From: Picochlorum sp. SENEW3
Taxonomy: Eukaryota
DNA length: 64,000 nucleotides
Direction: 5' to 3'
NCBI GenBank assembly: GCA_034226945.1
Contig: CP120462.1
Coordinates: 620,001-684,000, forward strand
The translations under genes were made by a program, and so were the position numbers. The notes beneath the pieces were generated by a model that saw nothing but the letters and a program-made list of their open reading frames with translations, had not been told where the DNA came from and did not search any database. Of this stretch, positions 47,606 through 58,065 are shown in pieces; the stretch's first letter is position 1, and every line of letters starts with the position of its first letter.

Positions 47606-48470
47606 ATGGCATCGGTGGCAGAATCTGTGCCCAAGGAAGAGCAGGCAGGGCGTCGAGGGAAGCGTTGGGTGCCTTTGGAAGCGAATCCTGATGTATTGAA
47701 TTCATTTGCTCAAAAGCTTGGTGCTGTGAATATCGGGGGTACAGAGAGTCATCATAGTGGTGGTGGGTATTCGTTTCAGGATGTCTATGGTTTGGATGAA
47801 GAGCTGTTGGCCATGGTGCCTCAGCCAGTGTTGGCGGTTATTCTGCTCTACCCGTTGACAGAGGCGAGTGAGACGGCGCGGCTTGAAGGTAGGTATATGT
47901 AAAAAATTAAAAAAGTATCAGGATGGATGGACGTATGATGTATATTGTCAATGAAAAATTGATGCAGAGTTGGCAAGGGCAAAGCAGGATGCAGCTGCTG
48001 CTCGCGGTTCTGTGTTTTATATGAAGCAGACGATTGGGAATGCGTGTGGGACAATAGCATTGCTTCATTGTATTGGGAATAATACAGATTCTGTGTCTTT
48101 CAAGGATGGGTCCTTTCTGGATGAATTTGTGAAGAGTACGGATGATTTCTCTCCAGAGGCACGTGGGGAGTATTTGGAGAATCCTCCTGAAGGAGGACCA
48201 TCGATTGATGCTATCCATGCGGATGCTGCGCATCAGGGACAGACGGAGGCGCCTTCTGTGGATGATGCGATTAATCTTCATTTTGTTGCGTTTGTGGAGC
48301 ATGAGGGTGGGTTGTGGGAGTTGGATGGGAGGCGCGCTGGGCCAGTGTATCATGGAGAGACGACTCCACAGTCGTTGCTTCATCATGTAGCCGCGGTGGT
48401 GAAGGCAGAGTATATCAGCAAGTCGGACTCGAACGATTTCAGTCTTATGGCATTGGCAGCTACTGCATGA
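47606..48470 (+). CDS. Ubiquitin C-terminal hydrolase, family C12 (UCH-L3-like); intron 47889-47967
   Basis: WVPLEANPDV, DVYGLD..VPQPVLAVILLYP, MKQTIGNACGTIALLH, LHFVAFV..LWELDGR. Confidence 0.94.
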
Positions 48471-48586
48471 AGAGATGTGTGTACATGAAAAAGACCAAAT
48501 AAAAAAAAAACCGACGGAAGGAACATGTATACGGATTCTTCTACTTCTAGATACGTGTATTGGAAAATTCAGAAGCTAGCATGCAA

Positions 48587-49762
48587 TTAATTATAAAAGC
48601 AATTCATTGTGAGTTCCATGTTTAAGGATCGTCGCCTACTCTTCATCCTGTTTTCCCAATCCTCTGTCTCGTACTTGAAGACGGATAGGTTTCTCGTGCC
48701 TTGTCTTAGGGTATTTGAAGATATATTCTTGCATTTGGATACCACAACACGTTGGAGTGTGGGAGTTCTCAGTAATGCCTTGATGCCTTCTGTTGTGATC
48801 TGGTCACAGGCTCGTATTGCCACACGCTCGATTGATGGAGATGTTGCGATGCAGTGAAGGCCGAGATCTGTGGTTGTTGGCGGTACTGCTATTCGTTTTA
48901 GTTGACGTAGGGATTGGGCAGCCACGGCAACAGATGCATCGTTCAAGTTCCAGCAGCCCACCAATGAAATGCTCTTCAAGTTGTTCATGTGTGCAATGTG
49001 CTCAATGAAATGCCCATTGTGGATTGATGAGCACCCGGATAAATCTAAAAGCTCCAACGCAGGCAAATTTTGAAATGCCTGCAGAAATGTTCCATTCAGA
49101 AAAACACAGTTTGTCAGATAGATGGAGTGTAAACTGTGCAGTTTGGCAATATTCTCTACTGATGCGTCATCGACACCTGACACAAGGCTGATTTCCCTAC
49201 CGGACGGGCAAGATACTTTTAAATCAGCATTTGATGCGTCCAATGTCAAGACGTTTGGAAAATGCTCGAGGTATGCCGTATGTTTCAGTGTCTCTGGCTG
49301 GATATACCTCAAAGATGCGCCAACAGACCTGTTCCATCCCTGGCAGACCACTCTCATGATTCTGATAGTATTTGAAGGTACAAATTTCATAATATGTGCC
49401 ATGATATCACTTGGCAGCGTAGCCCATGTTGTCGTGTGAAAGACATGGCCCACCTCACTTTCTCCATCTGAAAGAGTCTGAATAGAGGTAGGACTTGTCC
49501 AGTTTGTGCGGTTCTGTGGATCTGAAATGGTTCGAGGGCATGCCTCGTACATTTGATTAAATTGAGAATCTTCTGGAGATCCAGCTGCCCAACGCACAGT
49601 CACAGCATCCCCTCTGACCTCAATAGAAGCATTGCCTTGCTCTGTAGGGATTGCTGGCTCCACCTCCATACTTGTCTGGAATGGGCTCGGAATATCATCA
49701 TCTGCCATCCTCATGCCAATATGATCCTTCTCTTCCATATGGATATCATTTCCATCCACCAT
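48587..49762 (-). CDS. F-box / LRR protein
   Basis: WATLPSDIMAHIMKFV..RVVCQGWN (F-box), followed by cysteine-containing LRRs (LDLSGCSSI, ISLVGCWNLND, IRACDQIT). Confidence 0.85.
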   Translation of the reverse strand: MVDGNDIHMEEKDHIGMRMADDDIPSPFQTSMEVEPAIPTEQGNASIEVRGDAVTVRWAAGSPEDSQFNQMYEACPRTISDPQNRTNWTSPTSIQTLSDGESEVGHVFHTTTWATLPSDIMAHIMKFVPSNTIRIMRVVCQGWNRSVGASLRYIQPETLKHTAYLEHFPNVLTLDASNADLKVSCPSGREISLVSGVDDASVENIAKLHSLHSIYLTNCVFLNGTFLQAFQNLPALELLDLSGCSSIHNGHFIEHIAHMNNLKSISLVGCWNLNDASVAVAAQSLRQLKRIAVPPTTTDLGLHCIATSPSIERVAIRACDQITTEGIKALLRTPTLQRVVVSKCKNISSNTLRQGTRNLSVFKYETEDWENRMKSRRRSLNMELTMNCFYN

Positions 49763-50318
49763 GGGTGTGCTGCTTCTGACGGAGAAGCAGTTTGTTTTTC
49801 AAAGTACCAACCCTAGGGCGTTGGAGCTCCACCTGCAACTGCGCCTCCTACAATGCAGGATTTTCAGTGTTGCTGAATAAAAAAAACAGTATCTGAATAG
49901 TAAATAAGATGTTTATATGGACTTGTAGACGCCGAAACCCTCGGCACAATACTGGCTTCCTACGGAAGAGCAGGTGTTGACAGGTCTCTATCACGTTTCC
50001 TGCTGGAACACACAGACCATTGTCACAAACATGTGGTATCTGTGTATATGAACTATGCTAGAAGAGCTTTTACATACTATCTTTTTCACGTTCACAATGG
50101 AAGCACAATGAGCATTCCACGTCGGCATATGTGGTTGCATCGTATAATACCCTACATATTTGTAACCCTCGCCCTAGGGCAGTAGCGTTGACCTAGCACC
50201 ATGGGGCCAGTCGACAGTACCCAACGTACTGTATTCGTCACCGACTCGATGATCCCTAGCATGCATCGATGGTATCAAATAACATCACGACATCGATCGC
50301 GGAGGGGGTGAGATTCGC

Positions 50319-51370
50319 TCACGTGAGATCTTCCTCATCATCATCATGGAGAGTCAGTGTACCTAGGTCAACTGCTCCCCCTCCCAAGCCTTCTGCCGTC
50401 TTTGCCACGTCAGTTTTCGTCAGATTTTTCACAAGCCTAGCGATACAATTATCCAAAAACTTGAAGCTCGCATGCCTTGATATGGCCGACTCGATCGACT
50501 CTTTACTTTTGCTTCGATATGCAGCAATCACATCTTCTGCAGCAAATGCCTGATCACTTGATGCAAATTCCGGCACGCCCAACGCATCTTGATAGGTTTC
50601 CCATGCCCTCTTTCCATCTTCTGAGTACAAGTATATGACGACTGCACTAAGATACGATTTCGCCATGGTCGACATGGCATTGCCAGAATAGGAGGACACT
50701 GCAAATTTGAGCTCCATCTTGACTGCATCAACCCATTTCTTCGATTTCACTGCATGCATGATAGCCTGTCTGTATATATCAGGAAATGTAGACTCTTTAT
50801 CACTCTCCTCAAGCCACTCGATCGCCTTGAAATGCAGAGAACTGGCAACGTCTGGATTGGCATCCGACAGTGCCACCGCACCCCGAGAGATTGCCTCTGC
50901 AGCAGCCTGCGGCCTCCCTTCTTCTACATACAACTCTGCACAGTTGGAGTACAATGTTTCAATCTCTGAAAAGTGACCCGCCTCTCTCGCCAAATCCGCC
51001 GCCCGCTCCAATGCTTTTGCAGCATGCCAAGGGGACCTTTGAGCTTTATGACCCTGTGCAGCCTTTTCCCAACACTCTTTCGCACTCTCCACGTCTCCAG
51101 TTTGCTGCAGTATAGTATATTGATCAATGCACGGTGGTACAATACTAGAAGGTCAATGTATGCAACGATTGGGTACTGTGTGTGTTGGAAATTATGACAC
51201 CCAGACTGCTTCTTGCAACGTACTCGAAACAACAAGGCTGCCCTTTCGTACAATGGAGTGGCTCCAAGCCAATCACCTTTCATTCTCATCCCTAAAAATG
51301 ATGGGTTTGCCAATTTATTGGCCTCTTTGACCAGAGACTGGGCTTCTCCACGCCGAGAACTAAAATCCAT
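50319..51370 (-). CDS. NAPG: Gamma-soluble NSF attachment protein; intron 51223-51105
   Basis: GDWLGATPLYERAALLFR|, SPWHAAKALE, LYVEEGRPQAAAEA, acidic C-terminus DDDEEDLT. Confidence 0.85.
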
Positions 51371-51449
51371 GGCGAAGAGTGTACAATCGTGTCTCCAACA
51401 GCCTTTTTACAGGTAATAATGCTACTCTACAGAAATTAGATAAAATGAA

Positions 51450-54400
51450 TTATGGAGAATCGGTGAGATCAATGTCGACCGAATTATTTGTCGTCTCCAG
51501 CAATGGAGCGATTCTGGGTTGAGCAACCTTTTTGATTCTCATGGCCTCGAAAATGCTCCTTTGTCTGACGCCTGGTTGCTTCACGGGAGAGTTTGCAGAG
51601 TCCCCTGCAGTTGGGGTAGGACCTGTAAACTTGCCAGTATTTTCCTTGAATACATCGATGGCTGGCTGGGATGCACCAGAACCTGGTGTTGTGAGAACAT
51701 CCCTTTTGGCATCAGGCACCACAGTCTCATCAAATGGTCTAGGATGCACTGTTTTGAATGGGAATGTGCGCATTGCCGGTGTCACATCAGAGGGACCTGC
51801 GATCTTTTCGCTGGCGATAGCAAGCATTGCCAAGATATCCTTGATCCTGTTGACCAAGAGCTGGGCAAGTTTATCATAGCCAGCGTTACTCGACTCTTTC
51901 CATGCCTCGACGGTGATCAACTGCTCCGATAATGGTGGAGCAGCACTTGTGCCCAAGATATGAATTCGGAGCGAAAAGAATGCCTCATCTTCTTTGAGGA
52001 TTGACACGACTTCCGAGGTTATCTTGGAGCCTCTGTTTCGAAGATCCCATCCAGCCTTGCAAATGGCCCTCAGGAGACTTGTATCCAACTTGACTCTATC
52101 CCGGATCCAAAGAGGGGGCACTTTCTTATTGGAGAAGTAAGGGAGGGGGACATTCGGATAGTTTGCCAACCGGGATCTGAGCTCCGTCATGCCCCGTACA
52201 TGCTGGTCGACTTTTTCTGCATTCTTCACAATCCACTCTGGGAGTTTCTTGTCATGGAGTGCTTGAATTGAGGCAATGTCCTCCCATTCGCTGCAAGATT
52301 TGATTTTCGATGGAATATCGGCCAATATTGTATCGACAGCCTTTTCAAAGTCAGCATGAGAATCTTCATATGCCATTTTCTGTTCGTCGCTAATGAAGGG
52401 AGCTGTTCTCCGTTTGGGCTTCTTTGGGGCTTGGTTCACCAGGTCCTCACACAAGGTGCGTAATACCTTTGCCACGCGTTCCACTTGATCTTTTGGATAC
52501 TTTTTATTCACGAAAGTGTCCATGTGGGAAGAGTTCAAAAAGCTCTCCATATCCATACCAAATCTGAGCACACAGTCAAACAACGTGTTGACATCTGAAA
52601 TAGTCCATCGTTTGGTATCCGACTTTTTCGGTTTTTCAGATGGTTTTTTCTGCGGTTTCTTCGTTGGCTGAGCATTCATCTCATCTTCTGAGAAATCAAA
52701 CTCATAATCATCTTGTGACGATGGACGACCTCGTTTCAGCCTCATCTCATTGTAACAAATAGCTCTCTTCTTCCTTGGCGGAAGAATCTGTGGCATGGAT
52801 TCTTGCCTTTTCATGTCCTCGAACGAATTATAGGCGTCTGGTAAAAGCGTTTTCCAAAACTCTTGATCATCTCCTTTTTTCGTAGCTTTTTCACCTTCAA
52901 AAGAAGCAACTGAAAAGGTATTGCCTGCACGTCCTCCAATCTGTCTCTTTTCTGTTCTACTGGAAAGAATCTCATCAATATTTTCAGATTGGAATGCATT
53001 CGTCTCCTCTTCAGCTTTTTCATCCATCTTGAGACAATGTGCCCCGTGCCTGAGAAGTTCAGAAATTCGTTTACCATCGTATTCTGGGTTGTCTTGCCCA
53101 GCTGATTGCAGAGCCATGCCGCCCAAGATTGCCTCATCCAAACCATACTTTCTTGAGGATGCATGGAACAGATTTTCTTCATACGTGTTTTTGCTCACCA
53201 AGCGATATATGGTGACGTCCTTTGTTTGGCCAATCCTGTGGCACCTGGCCATGGCTTGCAAATCATTCTGTGGGTTCCAATCAGAGTCATACAAGATGCA
53301 TGTGTCTGCTGCAGTGAGGGTGATACCTTGACCTCCAGCTTTCGTCGAAAGCAGGAAAATAAAACCATCTTTATCGCTCGAACTATAGCGATCAATAGCA
53401 GCCTGTCTGTCGCGGGAGGATGTGTTTCCATCGATACGTTCAACCGGGAAACCCATCAAACTTGCATAGTCCTCCAGGACATTGAGCATGATCTTAAACT
53501 GGGAGAAGATGAGTACTTTTCTCTTTTCCTGTCGTAACTTTGGTAGAAGTTTATGCAAAAGCTGCATTTTACCACAAGACGAGACCAATAGATCAACCTC
53601 TGCCATGTCCTCTCCAGTCTTTTTTCTATGGCGCTCTGCAAGGTCATCTTCCACACCATCACACAGGAACGGATGGCAGCAGACCTTCCTGAGCTCCATC
53701 GCCACATTCCGCAAAGCTGGTACATTCTTTGCAGATGCTCCACTGAGAAGGACACCAATCTGGTTTTCAAAAATTGCCTTGTAGTATGCACGTTGCTCCT
53801 GTGTCAACTGCACCCAAATGATACATTCCTCCTTCTCTGGAAGTGTCTCGACATCTTCTTTCATTCTTCGCAACAAGATTGGTTTGAGAGCATTTTGAAG
53901 TTCGACAACCTGTTCTGGGGACATTTTATCGGTTGAGCGACCAAACCGATCAAGGAAGTCATCCTCATCATCATACTTTTCTGGATCCAGCAAATTCAGA
54001 ATTCCAAACAACTCTCTGACATTATTTTGAACAGGAGTCCCTGTCAGAAGCAAAATCCATTGGCACGGAATCGCAGCAATAGTATTTCTTGTGGAACCTT
54101 TTGTGCCCTTCATTCTGTGCGCCTCATCGATAATCATAGTCTCCCATTCAATATTTTGAAAAAAGGTTCCATCCCTCATGATATGTTCATACGACGAAAG
54201 AATCACATCTGGCTTGACCACATTAGTTTTGCGATCATTATTGCTCCATATTTCCCATTTATGGATAACTTTCTTATCCTCAGCTGTCCCGCAGTACAAT
54301 ACACAGTTCATTTTAGTCCAAGTTTCAATCTCCCGCTTCCAATGGCCCAGCGTCGTCAGAGGAGCAATCACCAAGAAGGGACCATTCACATGTCCGAATT

Positions 54401-55466
54401 GCCTCTGGAACTCCAAGGTAGCAATCGACTGAGCGGTTTTACCCAGTCCCATCTCATCTCCCAAAATGCAATTCCTTCCAGTGTACCAGTTCTTACTCAT
54501 CCATTTCAGTGACTCAACCTGGTAATCCCTCAATTTCCTGCCATTTTCAAACTGTGGAACAGCAGAGAGATTAATTGCATCAGAGTTCTGATTATTCTTG
54601 GAATACATTCGCAACTTTTCCGCTTCAGCCTTTTTATTTTCCTCGTATCTGGCAAGCACAGCTTGATCTTCTGGTGACGCAAGATCTTCTGCAGTCTCCC
54701 ATGTACATTCTGAATAGTTCAAGCCACACCACTTTACCAGATATTCCTGCGTCTTGGTATTTTCCGTCACAATCTTTTCCGCAACCAACCAATCAGGATG
54801 GATTCCATCCTCGAGGTCACCATACGGATCCACCTTGCCTTGTTCCAATCTCTTCTCATACCCTCGAATCAAAGACCCCTTATCCATGGCAAACAGGTCG
54901 TCTCTATCCACCCACTCGGTTTTCCTGTAACTCTTTCCCTTATACTTGACCCTCATTTCCCTCTTACCAGCACCAGCCTTTCGCGAATGCAGGATGCTTT
55001 CAACAGAGGCAAGACCACCAGGAGCCACAGTATCTGTCGATTCCTCCTCCATCAGCTCATCGTCCTCGCTGTCACTCATCAACACCTGATATCCTCTTTT
55101 ACCACCAGACCTTTTACTATGTGCAAACATGGCGTCCTCATCCTCATCATCACTCCACACGGTGTCAATGGCATAGTTCACCTTTGAGCGTGCAGCTCTC
55201 CTTGGACGCTCAGACTCTTTGGCAACCGTCACATCATTCTTGCCCTCCTCCCCATCCGATGCATCGTTCAATTCCAAGTCGTGCTCCCCATTGTCATCAG
55301 ACGACACGTCATCCTCCTCCAGGATCTCTTCCTCCTCATCCACATGAGAGTCAGCACTCTCACTCTCTGATCGTACTCTACAAGACTCTTCAGCAGCACC
55401 ATCCGCCGGACCTACATCCCCGCATACAAATTGCGAAAGAGGCACCGCTTCCTTGCTGTCAACCAT
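51450..55466 (-). CDS. CHD-family chromatin remodeler (double chromodomain plus SNF2 ATPase)
   Basis: Chromodomains (VKYKGKSY..EWV; YLVKWCGLNYSECTWE), LRDYQ, DEMGLGKT, DEAH, LTGTPVQNN, DSDWNPQNDLQAMARCHRIGQ. ATG taken at 55466. Confidence 0.93.
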   Translation of the reverse strand: MVDSKEAVPLSQFVCGDVGPADGAAEESCRVRSESESADSHVDEEEEILEEDDVSSDDNGEHDLELNDASDGEEGKNDVTVAKESERPRRAARSKVNYAIDTVWSDDEDEDAMFAHSKRSGGKRGYQVLMSDSEDDELMEEESTDTVAPGGLASVESILHSRKAGAGKREMRVKYKGKSYRKTEWVDRDDLFAMDKGSLIRGYEKRLEQGKVDPYGDLEDGIHPDWLVAEKIVTENTKTQEYLVKWCGLNYSECTWETAEDLASPEDQAVLARYEENKKAEAEKLRMYSKNNQNSDAINLSAVPQFENGRKLRDYQVESLKWMSKNWYTGRNCILGDEMGLGKTAQSIATLEFQRQFGHVNGPFLVIAPLTTLGHWKREIETWTKMNCVLYCGTAEDKKVIHKWEIWSNNDRKTNVVKPDVILSSYEHIMRDGTFFQNIEWETMIIDEAHRMKGTKGSTRNTIAAIPCQWILLLTGTPVQNNVRELFGILNLLDPEKYDDEDDFLDRFGRSTDKMSPEQVVELQNALKPILLRRMKEDVETLPEKEECIIWVQLTQEQRAYYKAIFENQIGVLLSGASAKNVPALRNVAMELRKVCCHPFLCDGVEDDLAERHRKKTGEDMAEVDLLVSSCGKMQLLHKLLPKLRQEKRKVLIFSQFKIMLNVLEDYASLMGFPVERIDGNTSSRDRQAAIDRYSSSDKDGFIFLLSTKAGGQGITLTAADTCILYDSDWNPQNDLQAMARCHRIGQTKDVTIYRLVSKNTYEENLFHASSRKYGLDEAILGGMALQSAGQDNPEYDGKRISELLRHGAHCLKMDEKAEEETNAFQSENIDEILSSRTEKRQIGGRAGNTFSVASFEGEKATKKGDDQEFWKTLLPDAYNSFEDMKRQESMPQILPPRKKRAICYNEMRLKRGRPSSQDDYEFDFSEDEMNAQPTKKPQKKPSEKPKKSDTKRWTISDVNTLFDCVLRFGMDMESFLNSSHMDTFVNKKYPKDQVERVAKVLRTLCEDLVNQAPKKPKRRTAPFISDEQKMAYEDSHADFEKAVDTILADIPSKIKSCSEWEDIASIQALHDKKLPEWIVKNAEKVDQHVRGMTELRSRLANYPNVPLPYFSNKKVPPLWIRDRVKLDTSLLRAICKAGWDLRNRGSKITSEVVSILKEDEAFFSLRIHILGTSAAPPLSEQLITVEAWKESSNAGYDKLAQLLVNRIKDILAMLAIASEKIAGPSDVTPAMRTFPFKTVHPRPFDETVVPDAKRDVLTTPGSGASQPAIDVFKENTGKFTGPTPTAGDSANSPVKQPGVRQRSIFEAMRIKKVAQPRIAPLLETTNNSVDIDLTDSP

Positions 55467-56085
55467 ATCTCCTACAACACCATGAACAGATATAATCGTC
55501 AGGTCTCTTGCTGTCAAAAATATTTGAACCAACTCCACCTACCAGTACAAGATCAGCTCGACAGGGATAGATTTTAAAATATATGAGATGAATATTGGTA
55601 TAAACAACAACTAGACCAACTATGGGATGCAAATCGCCGAGTTTGTTTGATCTACTGTTGACAACGAAATGTCAACAACGACGCTTCACTCGGGTTTGAC
55701 GTAAGAATAGCAGATCACACTGCTGCGCATATATGGTCGTATTAAATAAATTCAATATTTATGAGATATAGAGCATGGATGGTACGGAAGACTTTCATCC
55801 GGTCGGTTCTTCCTTGTCTCGCGAATTTTGAATTTGTTTTTTCATTCAAGGAATTCCTTAATTAGTTAGAATTCAACAGGAGCGCTCCTGCACAACTGCA
55901 TCCTAGGATGGCTACCTGCTATTCCTGGCTACAAGTACCTTTGTAGATTCGGCTTCAGGCTGCTTTTCGAGTCGAGTCAAACATGTGTGCCTATTTGGTT
56001 GGAAGTGATTCAAATTCATCTACATGACGGGTGGCCGGTTTGAATTTCAATGCAAACAAATCTATATGTTTGGTATGGCATGGTA

Positions 56086-57129
56086 TTATTCCTTGATTTT
56101 CTTTCGGGCCAGATACCGCTCTTTGGCAGCTTTAATTTTCTCCTCTCGTTCTCTCTTGAGCCTCTCAGCTCGGTCCTCTTCTTTTTCTTCTTCTTCTTCT
56201 TTTTCTTTTTCTTTTTCTTCTTCTTCTTTTTCTATTACTGCTGCAGGACTAGGTGTTTCTTCGGCAACTGCGGGCTCTCTAGGAGACGATGTATCTCCTC
56301 CTCGTCTTTCATCTCGTTCACGAGACTCTATGGTTGCAGCAGGAACGGATACAGTATCAGGTGCACGTTCCTCTTTCACGTGGTGAGCATCCATCGTGTC
56401 AACAGCACCTGAAGTATCCATACCTTGCTCTTTGCTCTTTGTTTCCTCTTCATATCTACTTGATCCAATAAAATCAACATTCGACTTGAATAAGTTACGG
56501 TAGAAATCACCCATGTGGCCCTTCTTCTCCACAGCCTCTTGTTCCTCTTCCCGCTGTTTCTTCTCCTGCTCCAACTTCCACTTTTGCTCCTCTTCGAGTT
56601 TCTTTCTATACGCAGATGTCACAAAATTTTCTGTAGTACCATATATATGTTCCTCAGCTTTCCGTTCCTTTTCTAAACGCTTCTCATACAACACATCCTG
56701 CTCTCTCTTCCTATGCTCTGCAGTCTCCAACAGGTTGGCAATATACTTTGGTTGCCTGCTTACTTTCTCATCAATTTTCGGCGCAGACCTAGCTTGCTGA
56801 ATTGAATCAAAATGAGAATCATAGTCAAATATATTAGCATCCTGCTGAAGCGCTTCAGCCTGCATTTCGAGCACCTTTTTGTTCGTCTTTGCTGCAGCTG
56901 CCTGCTGAGCAATCATTCTCCCTACATGAGACATTGGTCGCTTTTCTTCCCCCTCTTGGATATCATCTTCGTCATCATCATCTCCAAATATGTTTTTGGT
57001 CTTCTTTGCAGGCTTGGTAGGTGGCTGTCGACCTCTTCCAGGGACAGGTTTTCGAATCTGAAGACCATACGACACGCCCTTTTCACCAATAATCACCCGA
57101 TCCTCCTCCTTCTTCCCTGATGGACTCAT
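56086..57129 (-). CDS. NSRP1: Nuclear speckle splicing regulatory protein 1 (CCDC55)-like
   Basis: YGL, ALQQDANIFDYD, PKYIANLL, FVTSAYRKKLEE, C-terminal AAKERYLARK. Confidence 0.85.
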   Translation of the reverse strand: MSPSGKKEEDRVIIGEKGVSYGLQIRKPVPGRGRQPPTKPAKKTKNIFGDDDDEDDIQEGEEKRPMSHVGRMIAQQAAAAKTNKKVLEMQAEALQQDANIFDYDSHFDSIQQARSAPKIDEKVSRQPKYIANLLETAEHRKREQDVLYEKRLEKERKAEEHIYGTTENFVTSAYRKKLEEEQKWKLEQEKKQREEEQEAVEKKGHMGDFYRNLFKSNVDFIGSSRYEEETKSKEQGMDTSGAVDTMDAHHVKEERAPDTVSVPAATIESRERDERRGGDTSSPREPAVAEETPSPAAVIEKEEEEKEKEKEEEEEKEEDRAERLKREREEKIKAAKERYLARKKIKE

Positions 57130-57348
57130 AGTAACATGTGTGAAAAAATGCGGTGGCGTGCTGGGCGACTACACAACCTTTGAGTGTCCATCTGCCCTGA
57201 GCAGGAGGAGACAGCATTTCGGGAGAGCCCTTGAGTGGACAAACTTTCGGGAGAGTCGTCTGGCCGACGGTGGAGAATTCGACGTCTGGCGATTATATGG
57301 ACAATGTGCTATCGACTGTGAATACAATCAACTATAGATTTATATAAA

Positions 57349-58001
57349 ATGGCATCTAGATCATTTACAACTCCACAGACTACAGTGACAGCCAGTCGTG
57401 TGGCAGCGCAGGGCTGCCGCTTGGCTATGGCCCCACGCCAGCAGCCATATGTTGCCCAGCATCGTTCATCTACTGTATTTGTGGAGAAAATGATTTCCTC
57501 AAGAGCATCTTTCATCGGTTGCAAGGTATGGTTGTGTTCTGAAGGGCGCATTGCGTGGTTGTAGAAACTGCTGGCTGCCATGTCTGCATGTTTCTGCGAT
57601 AGCACAATGAATGGGACCGATTGGGATTGATTTGATTTCGTCTCCTGACATGGAATAATTGTATTGTGCAGGCTGCTGTGGATGCTGTAGATAATGCTTC
57701 GGATCAGGTGTCGTACGAAACTATGGTGGTGCTTCGCCCAGATATGACTGACGAACAGAGGGATTCAGAATTAGCAAAGTTCGAGGCATTCTTGAGGAAG
57801 AGTGGCGCAACTGAGATTGATGTTACCATCAGAGGTCGTCAGAGACTGGCGTATCCAATCAAGTCGTTTGTGGATGGAATTTATGTGCTGTACACCTTCA
57901 ATGCCAACCCACAGGTGGTGGCACCAGTTCAGAAGTTGCTCTCTACTCCAACAGCGGGAGCAGAGTTGAATGTGTTGCGTCATATGACTTACCGCATTTA
58001 G
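57349..58001 (+). CDS. rps6: Plastid ribosomal protein S6 (bS6) with transit peptide; intron 57526-57671
   Basis: YETMVVLRPDM, GRQRLAYPIK..GIYVL, VLRH. Confidence 0.9.
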
Positions 58002-58065
58002 ACTTTTCTTTTTCATGTTGTTATAATAGATGTTGTAAGCAGTATCTACTGCATGTGACCTGTGT

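Noticed and set aside
49770..49790. 8-bp hairpin just upstream of the F-box ATG
   Set aside because: A single short stem is within chance expectation.
49808..50180. aaccctag / ccctaggg motifs as telomeric repeats or a telomerase template
   Set aside because: Isolated and imperfect; no tandem CCCTAAA.
12370..55466. ARP6, Elongin A-like, H4-like, Tudor-TFIIS and CHD as a chromatin gene cluster
   Set aside because: They are dispersed among unrelated genes, and such genes are common in a compact genome.
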